This document shows, in pieces, positions 56,984-64,000 of a DNA stretch of 64,000 bases. The notes under the pieces are model-generated. The model saw only the letters and a program-made list of their open reading frames with translations, did no database searches and was not told the origin of the DNA. Location of the stretch: the NCBI GenBank assembly GCA_963734545.1, contig CAVTHO010000004.1, forward strand, positions 224,001-288,000. The letters are read 5' to 3'. This stretch comes from an uncultured Spirochaetota bacterium. Lineage in GTDB: Bacteria > Spirochaetota > Spirochaetia > SZUA-6 > Fen-1364. Within the stretch, counting starts at the first letter, position 1, and the number at the start of each line of letters is the position of its first letter. The position numbers were made by a program, and so were the translations under genes.

Positions 56984-57690
56984 ATGAATACGACAGATCT
57001 GGATACGCTCCTTCGCGACGTGGAGGAGCTGCGCCGCGCGGTAAGGCGGAACAGCCCGTTCCTGCGTGAAGTGATTTCCTCGCGCCTCTTCGCCGCCTAC
57101 GCGCTGGCGCTCGGCCTCGCAATAGCGGCGTTCTGCCTGGCGAGCCAGATCCTCATCGGGTGGTACGGCTCCTTTCCCGCCATCCCGCCTGCATGGAAGA
57201 CCGGCTTCTGGCTGGCCCTCGCGGTGCTGGGCGCCGCGGCAGTGATCAGCAAGCCACTGATCCTCGGACGGCGCGCCGCCGAAGTGGATACGCGCGCCAC
57301 GTTCATCACGGTCGTCAAGGTGCTGTATGGCGGTCTGGTCTCCAATATCTACGCCCCGGCCTTCCTCTGCATGGCGGCTGCGTCGATCTTCGCCGTGACC
57401 ATCGGCCATCCCTGGTACATTGTTCCGGCTGTCGCCGTCTTTTACACTTTCGCGGCCAATGGCGTCGGCCTTTTCGTGCAGCGTCCCGAGTATTTCGCCT
57501 CGGGCTGGTATTCACTGGTCGCCGGGATCGCATCCGTCTTTTTCCTGGAAAGAGTACCCTTTATCTGGACGGCAGTTGTGGCCGCGGAATGAGCCTGGTC
57601 TTCGGCATGGTCTCTCTCATCTGGGGCGGCGGGCGCCGCAGGAGCGGTGACAGCGCTGAACCGTCCCATGCCGGGCCGGGGAAGAGATGA
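56984..57690 (+). CDS. Hypothetical multi-TM membrane protein, probable frameshift near 57590
   Basis: GGAGG RBS, several TM helices; the last TM (GMSLVFGMVSLIWG) continues in another frame and ends at an ATGA overlap. Confidence 0.7.
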
Positions 57691-58073
57691 GCGCGAAGGA
57701 GAGCTCGGGCCGCAGGGAGCGCGCCCTCTCCGGGCTGGAGCTGGATCGCGTGATCCACGAACGGGCGCGGCTCGTTCTGCTCACGTACCTGGCCTCCTCG
57801 GACCGGGCCGAAACGAGCTTCACGGAGCTCAGGGACAATCTCGGCTTCACGGCGGGAAACCTCTCCGTGCAGCTCAGGACGCTCGAGGAGGCAGGCTACG
57901 TGAAGATCGACAAGCGGTTTGTCGCCCACAAGCCCTTGACGGGTGTGAGGCTTACCGTGAAGGGAGAAAAGGCAATCACGGCATACCTGGGAAACCTGGA
58001 AGTGATCGTGACGGCCCTTCGCGGCGGAGCGCCGGCGAGAGCGTCCGGGGGGGCTCACCGGACAGGTGAATGA
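57687..58073 (+). CDS. Winged-helix transcriptional regulator (HTH_34-like)
   Basis: LDRVIHERARL, SFTELR, TAGNLSVQLRTLEEAGYV. Confidence 0.88.
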   Translation: MSAKESSGRRERALSGLELDRVIHERARLVLLTYLASSDRAETSFTELRDNLGFTAGNLSVQLRTLEEAGYVKIDKRFVAHKPLTGVRLTVKGEKAITAYLGNLEVIVTALRGGAPARASGGAHRTGE

Positions 58074-58084
58074 GGAGGAGCAGC

Positions 58085-58792
58085 ATGGCGGTATTGCATC
58101 TGGAAAAAATCACGCGCGTCTATCGCAAGGGAGACAACGAGGTGCGCGCGCTGGATGGCGTCGACCTCGACATCGAGGCCGGGGAATTCCTGACCGTGGT
58201 GGGGCCTTCGGGCTCGGGAAAGACGACATTCCTCAACATCCTGGGCTGCCTCGACTCACCCACCGAGGGGCGTATCGTGTACGACGGGACCGAGCTGCAG
58301 GGGCTCGGAGAGAAAGGAAGATCGGCCTACCGGCGGGAGCGGATCAGCTTCGTCTTCCAGTCCTACAATCTCATTCCTGTCCTCACCGTGCGGGAGAATG
58401 TCGAGCTTCCGCTGGTGATTGAACGGAGGCTGGATACCGCGGAAATCCGCCGCCGCGCCGAGGAGATGATCGCCGCGGTGGGCCTTGCCGGGATGGAGAA
58501 CCGCTTTCCCCGCGAGCTCTCCGGCGGGCAGGAGCAGCGGGTTGCCATTGCCCGCGCGCTGGTGAAACGGCCGCTCGTCATTCTTGCGGACGAGCCCACG
58601 GCGAACCTGGACTCGCACACCGCGGAGGAGATCGTGGAGCTCATGCGCGGCATCAATGCCGCAAGGGGCAGCACGTTCGTGTTCTCCACCCACGACCGGC
58701 TGGTCATGGAGCACGCGCGGCGTGTGGTGACCATCCGCGACGGCCACGTGACCGCGGACGAACGTAAAAGTCCGCCTTTGGCGGCGCCATGA
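58085..58792 (+). CDS. ABC transporter ATP-binding protein (LolD/MacB-like)
   Basis: GPSGSGKT, LSGGQEQR, ADEPTANLD, STHD. Confidence 0.94.
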   Translation: MAVLHLEKITRVYRKGDNEVRALDGVDLDIEAGEFLTVVGPSGSGKTTFLNILGCLDSPTEGRIVYDGTELQGLGEKGRSAYRRERISFVFQSYNLIPVLTVRENVELPLVIERRLDTAEIRRRAEEMIAAVGLAGMENRFPRELSGGQEQRVAIARALVKRPLVILADEPTANLDSHTAEEIVELMRGINAARGSTFVFSTHDRLVMEHARRVVTIRDGHVTADERKSPPLAAP

Positions 58793-58819
58793 TCCGCCTT
58801 CGGCGGCGGGGAAATAGGC

Positions 58820-60076
58820 ATGGGTACCCTCTGGAAAATCGCGCTGCGCAACACGATCCGGCACGCGCGGCGGACCATCATCACCGCGGTGGTGATGATG
58901 GGCGGCATTGCCGTCTTCATCTTCTACGATTCCCTGCTGGCAGGCATGGACCGCATGGCAGTGGATACAATGGAGAACTACACGCTTTCCTCGCTGAAGA
59001 TCCGGACCCCTGCCTATGTGCGGGACATCCAGGGCGCGCCGCTGGACAAGGGTCTGGCCCATCCCGAGGAGACTCTTTCCGCGGTGACCGCGCTGGGCCT
59101 GCAGGCCGCGCCGCGGATCCGGTTCGTGGCCAGGCTCTCCAACTACACCGACGAGATCCCGGTTCTGGCCGATGCGGTGGACCCTGCCGCGGACCCCAAG
59201 GTATTCAAGCTCGCCCAGGCCGTCACGGAGGGTGCCTGGCTCTCGCGCGCCGCGTCCCGTTCCGTCGTGCTCGGAGCGGAGCTGGCACACGAGCTTTCAG
59301 TGAAACCGGGTGACACGGTGCTCGTCGCGGCGCAGACCGTGCATGACGCCACGAACGCGGACGAATACACCGTGGCGGGCCTCCTGAGCACGCCGGCACC
59401 AGAGATCAACCGGGCCGGGCTCTTCATGCCGCTGGATGACGCGCGTGCTCTCCTGGACACCCCGGCGGGCCCGGACGCGCTCGTGACCGAGGTGGACGTT
59501 GCCCTTCCCCGGGCACCCAGCCTGGCCGCGGCGCTCGCGCAGGGGGAGGCCGCCGCGTCACGCCTGCGGGCCGCGCTGCCGGAGGAGCGTGTGGACCCGA
59601 TCGGGTCCCTCGCGGAAGGCTACCTCGCGCTCCGAAACGCCAAGGCGAGCTATTCGCTGATACCCGTGATCATCGTGCTCATGATCGCCGCTGTCGGCAT
59701 CGTGAACACCATCCTCATGTCTGTTTTCTCACGGATCAGGGAAATCGGAATCCTGCGGGCATACGGCATGACGGCGCGCGACATCAAACGGCTCTTCACC
59801 CTGGAGGGGCTGGCACTCGGGCTGGCCGGCTCCACCCTTGGCGTGGCGCTCGGGGCGGCCCTGGATCTCCTCCTCGTCGTACGGGGGTTGAGCATGAGCG
59901 CCATCTCGAACAGCCTCGGATCGCTTCCGATCTCCGGCGTCCTGCACGGCGAGTGGAACCCGAAGACCATGCTCATCGGCTTCCTGTTCGGGATCGTTGT
60001 GTCCCTGATCGCCGCGCGCATCCCCGCGCGCCGGGCCGCGCGCCTTCAGCCGACCGATGCGCTCAGGTTCCAGTAG
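58820..60076 (+). CDS. ABC transporter permease (FtsX/LolC/E-like)
   Basis: ALRN...RRT, large periplasmic loop, RIREIGILRAYG, PTDALR. Confidence 0.9.
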   Translation: MGTLWKIALRNTIRHARRTIITAVVMMGGIAVFIFYDSLLAGMDRMAVDTMENYTLSSLKIRTPAYVRDIQGAPLDKGLAHPEETLSAVTALGLQAAPRIRFVARLSNYTDEIPVLADAVDPAADPKVFKLAQAVTEGAWLSRAASRSVVLGAELAHELSVKPGDTVLVAAQTVHDATNADEYTVAGLLSTPAPEINRAGLFMPLDDARALLDTPAGPDALVTEVDVALPRAPSLAAALAQGEAAASRLRAALPEERVDPIGSLAEGYLALRNAKASYSLIPVIIVLMIAAVGIVNTILMSVFSRIREIGILRAYGMTARDIKRLFTLEGLALGLAGSTLGVALGAALDLLLVVRGLSMSAISNSLGSLPISGVLHGEWNPKTMLIGFLFGIVVSLIAARIPARRAARLQPTDALRFQ

Positions 60077-60088
60077 GAGGAAGTCGTC

Positions 60089-61336
60089 ATGAACGTGCTC
60101 GGCATGGCTGTCCGCAACCTCGGACGCAACCGCCGTCGAACCTTCCTCGCCGTGCTCTCCGTGCTCATCGCCATCACCCTGGTGGTCTTCATGGACGGGC
60201 TCATCGGCGGATTCATGGACTCGATGGCGCGCAACTTCACCAAGAACGAGACGGGTCACGTGAGCGTGACGACCTCCGAGTACCGTGCCCGGGAGCGGTT
60301 CATGCCCGCCTCCGTCGCGATGCCGGACTCTGACGCGGCTGAGAAAGCCATCCGCTCGACCCCCGGGCTGGAAGGACGCATCGTGCTGGTCGCCCCCCGG
60401 GCGCTCTTTGGTGTCGTGCTGTCCTCCGCTTCGGCCACGAAGGCCGCCCGGGGGATCGGCGGCGACCCCGATGGGGAGAAACACCTCCTCATGCTGAACC
60501 GGGCGCTCCTGCCGGGCAGCGCGTACCTCGATCCGCGCGGAGGCACCACCATCCTGGGCGCGAAGCTGGCCGAGGACCTGGGACTGAAAGTGGGGGACAC
60601 GCTGAAGGTCGTCACTGAGAAGGCGGACTACGGGATGGGCTTCAAGAAGTTCAGGATCGTCGGTGTCTTCCGCACGAGAGTGGATACCTTCGATGCATCG
60701 ACCTTCCTGGTAAGCCTTGCGGATGCGCGGGAGCTTCTCGGGCTGGGCAAGGGGGCGTCGCAGATCCTCGTGATGCTCAAGGACTACAGGGACTCGGATG
60801 CAGCGGCAAAGCTCATTTCGACCCATCTTGCGTCCGGCGGCCTCGGAAAACTCTCCGTGCAGAGCTGGACGTCCCTCGGAGACACCGCGGCGCTCATCAC
60901 GATGTCGGGGAGGATCTACTTCTGGGCGGAAATCGTCGTGGCGTTCCTCGGGGCGTTCATCATCGCCAACATCATGATGATGGTCGTTCTGGAGCGGCGG
61001 CGGGAGATCGGCGTCCTGAAATCCATGGGCATGGAAGGGCCGCGGATCCTGCGTCTCTTTCTCGCTGAGGGGATATTTCTCGGTGTCATCGGCTCCGCGG
61101 TCGGGTCGATTTTCGGGACCGCGCTGAACGCGTGGCTTTCCGTGAAGGGGCTGGATTTCAGCTCGAGCGTCTCGGGCAGCGGCATCGCGATGGACAACGT
61201 CATCTACACCGGCGTGCATCCGCTCAACGTCATCCTGCTCTTCACGCTCGGGGTGGCGGTTTCCGCAGTCGTGTCTTTCCTGCCGTCCCGCAGCGCGGCG
61301 CGAATGGACCCTATTGAAGCGATACGGTCGGTGTAG
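60089..61336 (+). CDS. ABC transporter permease (FtsX/LolC/E-like)
   Basis: RNLGRNRRRT, ERRREIGVLKSMG, PIEAIR. Confidence 0.9.
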   Translation: MNVLGMAVRNLGRNRRRTFLAVLSVLIAITLVVFMDGLIGGFMDSMARNFTKNETGHVSVTTSEYRARERFMPASVAMPDSDAAEKAIRSTPGLEGRIVLVAPRALFGVVLSSASATKAARGIGGDPDGEKHLLMLNRALLPGSAYLDPRGGTTILGAKLAEDLGLKVGDTLKVVTEKADYGMGFKKFRIVGVFRTRVDTFDASTFLVSLADARELLGLGKGASQILVMLKDYRDSDAAAKLISTHLASGGLGKLSVQSWTSLGDTAALITMSGRIYFWAEIVVAFLGAFIIANIMMMVVLERRREIGVLKSMGMEGPRILRLFLAEGIFLGVIGSAVGSIFGTALNAWLSVKGLDFSSSVSGSGIAMDNVIYTGVHPLNVILLFTLGVAVSAVVSFLPSRSAARMDPIEAIRSV

Positions 61337-61347
61337 GAGGTGAGGTC

Positions 61348-62091
61348 ATGAGAGCGTTCAGATCAGCGTCGCTGGCCGTCGTGCTTGCGGGATTTGCGGC
61401 AGCGGCAGCCCCGGGACAATCGGTGGAAGAGATCCTTGCAAGGCTCGACGCGAACATCTCGTATGAGAGCATCCGATACAGCGGGCGGATGGAAATCACG
61501 GTGGGCGGGGAAACCCGGTACAAGACCATGGACGTGGCTGCAAAGGGAACGGAGAAGGCGTTTGTCGAATTCACAAATCCCGAGGACAGGGGAACCCGGT
61601 ATCTGAAGCTCGACAAGAACCTCTGGATCTACTTTCCGAAAGAACAGGACACGGTGAAGATCTCCGGCCACCTGCTCAAGGAAGGGATGATGGGCTCCGA
61701 CGTCTCCTACGAGGACGCCCTCGAATCAGCGGACTACAGGGCCCGGTATTCTCCCGCCCTCAAGGGCGAGGATACCGTGAACGGGCGGCGCTGCTATATC
61801 GTGGAGCTCAGCGCAAAGGTGCCGACCGCCTCCTATGACAGGCAGCTTCTCTGGATCGACGCGGAGCGGTACGTGAGGCTCAGGTCCGAGATGTACGCCA
61901 GGTCGGGAAAGCTTCTCAAGGTGGGTACGACGCTCGATGTGGTTCGCCTGGGGGACCGCTGGTTCCCCGCGCGCACCGAGCTCGTATCGAAGCTTCGCCA
62001 CAACACCAGGACCGTGTTCAGCATGGACAAGATCGACATCGGGGCCGTTGTCGACGAACGCCAGTTTTCCCTGGCAGCGCTGTCCAGGTAA
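61348..62091 (+). CDS. Outer-membrane lipoprotein-sorting (LolA-like) protein
   Basis: Signal peptide; FTNPEDRGTRYLK...LWIYFP...MMGSDVSYED signature. Confidence 0.85.
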   Translation: MRAFRSASLAVVLAGFAAAAAPGQSVEEILARLDANISYESIRYSGRMEITVGGETRYKTMDVAAKGTEKAFVEFTNPEDRGTRYLKLDKNLWIYFPKEQDTVKISGHLLKEGMMGSDVSYEDALESADYRARYSPALKGEDTVNGRRCYIVELSAKVPTASYDRQLLWIDAERYVRLRSEMYARSGKLLKVGTTLDVVRLGDRWFPARTELVSKLRHNTRTVFSMDKIDIGAVVDERQFSLAALSR

Positions 62092-62101
62092 GGCGGCTGC
62101 C

Positions 62102-63220
62102 ATGAACCGACGAAAAGTCATGAGAGCCGCGGCCGCCGCTCTGACCGCCGGGATGATGACCGTTCCGGCCTGGGCCGAGGACCCGGCATCCTGGAGCCTG
62201 GGCGGATCCGTGGCCGCACAACCCTATGCAACCTATGCCGGCAACGGATCCATCGAAGCCGCGGACTTCTCATACGGCTCAACCACGACGCTCGGCCTCG
62301 ACCTGCGCGCCCGGGGCGAGCGCGCCCGGGCCGAGGCCTCGGCAGAGGCAGCGGTGCTGACAGGCGCATCGGCCCAGGCTGCCTGGGCCGCCTCGGCAGC
62401 CGGTCTTGCGCGGCCTGACGAGCTCCTTGTCCCCGGGACCGCACCTGCCGCGCCTGCGGCGGAAACCCTCGTGGCCTTCAGGCTTCGCACTCTCTACCTC
62501 AAGCTCGATCTCGACTGGGCTTCGCTGACCGCGGGTCGCCAGGTGATCAACTACAACCGCGGAGCCCTCTGGAGCCCGACCGACCTCTTCAACGAGCTCG
62601 ACCTGACAGGCCTCTCGCCGGTCCGGCTGGGCAGCGATGCGCTTCGCGCGTCTGTCCCCCTGGGCGCCACGGCCGGCTTCGATCTCGCGGCGGCTCCCAC
62701 AGCCGCGCCGGCTGACGGACGCTACTCCGCGCGGCTGTCAGGCCTCGTTGCCGGTATTGACGGCGCACTCACCGCGGCCCGGGCCGGGAAAAGCTGGATG
62801 TTCGGCGCGGACTTCAAGGCCGACATCGAGGTCGGTATCTACGGGGACGTCGCCTACGCGCTGCCGGACTCGGGTCAGGCAGGCGCGCTTCGCGCGGCGG
62901 CCGGGGCCGACTGGTCCATTGGTGACTTTGTCATGGCAGCCGAGTACTACTACAACGGAGGCGGTGTCGAGGCAGACCCCCTGTTTCCCGGCACGCATAA
63001 CCTCTATGCGTCCCTCGTCTGGAATGCGACCGAGCTTTTCAGCCTTTCGGGGAATGTCATCCTGGATATCACGGACGGCTCGGGCACGGCCCTGCTTCTC
63101 GGATCCCTCAGCGCGGCCCAGAATGCCACGTTCCAGGCCTATCTCAAAGCCGGCTACAACCCGGCAGCGGCCGCGCGGGCGAGCCTGCAGGCAGGGCTGA
63201 ACATCGAGGTGAAGTTCTAA
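62102..63220 (+). CDS. Putative outer-membrane beta-barrel protein
   Basis: Signal peptide, AGRQVINY...WSPTDLF, AEYYYNG, C-terminal Phe (IEVKF). Confidence 0.7.
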   Translation: MNRRKVMRAAAAALTAGMMTVPAWAEDPASWSLGGSVAAQPYATYAGNGSIEAADFSYGSTTTLGLDLRARGERARAEASAEAAVLTGASAQAAWAASAAGLARPDELLVPGTAPAAPAAETLVAFRLRTLYLKLDLDWASLTAGRQVINYNRGALWSPTDLFNELDLTGLSPVRLGSDALRASVPLGATAGFDLAAAPTAAPADGRYSARLSGLVAGIDGALTAARAGKSWMFGADFKADIEVGIYGDVAYALPDSGQAGALRAAAGADWSIGDFVMAAEYYYNGGGVEADPLFPGTHNLYASLVWNATELFSLSGNVILDITDGSGTALLLGSLSAAQNATFQAYLKAGYNPAAAARASLQAGLNIEVKF

Positions 63221-63367
63221 GGGGGCCGTGCGCCCTCCCCTGAATCCAATCATCTGGCTGAATCGCTTGATCACGTCGCGAAGGGTTTCTCCCCCCGTCA
63301 TAGTCGAATCATGCAGAGGCGCGGCGGACGGACTGCGGCGCGCCCTGCATCGGCAAAGGAGAAAACC

Positions 63368-64000
63368 ATGGCACCACGAACAAAAGGAGGCTTCAGCCTC
63401 CTGCAGCGTCTGGGACTGTTCGCCCTCCCCATCGGGCTCACGCTCCTCGGACCTGCCTGGGCGGAGGACAGGGGGGCTGCCGGCGGGCGGGCGGGCCGGG
63501 CGGGACGGGCGGGACGCCCCCCGGCAGGGCACCTTCCGGCGCGGGAAGCGAACAGGCGGCAGCGCGCCCCTGGTACGATCTGCGCATGATGCCGGATCCG
63601 ATCCTCGACCAGGTTCTGCTCTTCTACCTGGGCGAAGCGCGCATGGGCATGACGGATGTGGGAGAAGTCCTGGACACCGCGAGCCGCGTAAGGGCGGATG
63701 ACGAGTACAGCTGGACTCGGGAATGGGAAAAGACCGCCGAGCGCATGCGCGCCGCGGCGGAAGCAGGGGAGAAGGCGGGACATCCGCTTGGCGCCGGGGA
63801 GTCCTTCATGCGGGCAGCGGCCTATTACCGGGCGGCGCTGCACAGGCACCCGGATCCCACGGCGCCGGAGGTGCGGCAGTTGGCGGAAAAGGAGGTCTCC
63901 TGTTTTGCGCGGGCAGCACGGCTCCTTTCCCTGCCCGTCCAATCCGTGAGAATACCCTACGAGGGCACGACTCTTCCCGGGTATCTCTTCAAGGCTCCCC
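63368..64000 (+). CDS. Secreted alpha/beta hydrolase (FrsA/2,6-dihydropseudooxynicotine hydrolase-like), partial and frameshifted near 63500-63560
   Basis: Signal peptide frame, then DVGEVLDTA...SWTREW...RAAAYYRAA...VRIPYEGTTLPGYLF in another frame; runs off the window end. Confidence 0.75.

Overview
GC-rich bacterial chromosomal segment of about 60 genes. A Spirochaetia-like origin is a weak inference from the 'AGGSEQ'-type solute-binding-protein N-terminus and the LolA-like/ABC cassette. Most of the content is metabolic or transport: sugar ABC systems with AraC/LacI regulators, acyl-CoA ligases, cfa, msrA, a penicillin acylase, aguAB, a preT-preA-hydA pyrimidine-reduction operon, a CadA/ArsR/SigZ metal-stress block, three hybrid histidine kinases and a LolCDE-like ABC + LolA-like + beta-barrel cassette. 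Many genes carry single-base frameshifts, densest at 51.6-55.8 kb, which look like long-read indel errors rather than true pseudogenes. No rRNA, tRNA, CRISPR array or transposase was recognised. The standout locus is 7.2-11.3 kb. A TPR + SLOG-like + class III nucleotidyl cyclase with non-canonical base-specificity residues is translationally coupled to a TIR protein carrying a ~175-aa acid-free, histone-like Lys/Arg tail. Both are transcribed divergently, across a perfect 12-7-12 palindrome, from a wHTH/DUF4143-like gene that overlaps a SET-domain lysine methyltransferase. This is a candidate undescribed nucleotide-signalling (Thoeris/Pycsar-like) system, possibly controlled by lysine methylation. 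All product calls come from motif recognition by eye, not database searches.
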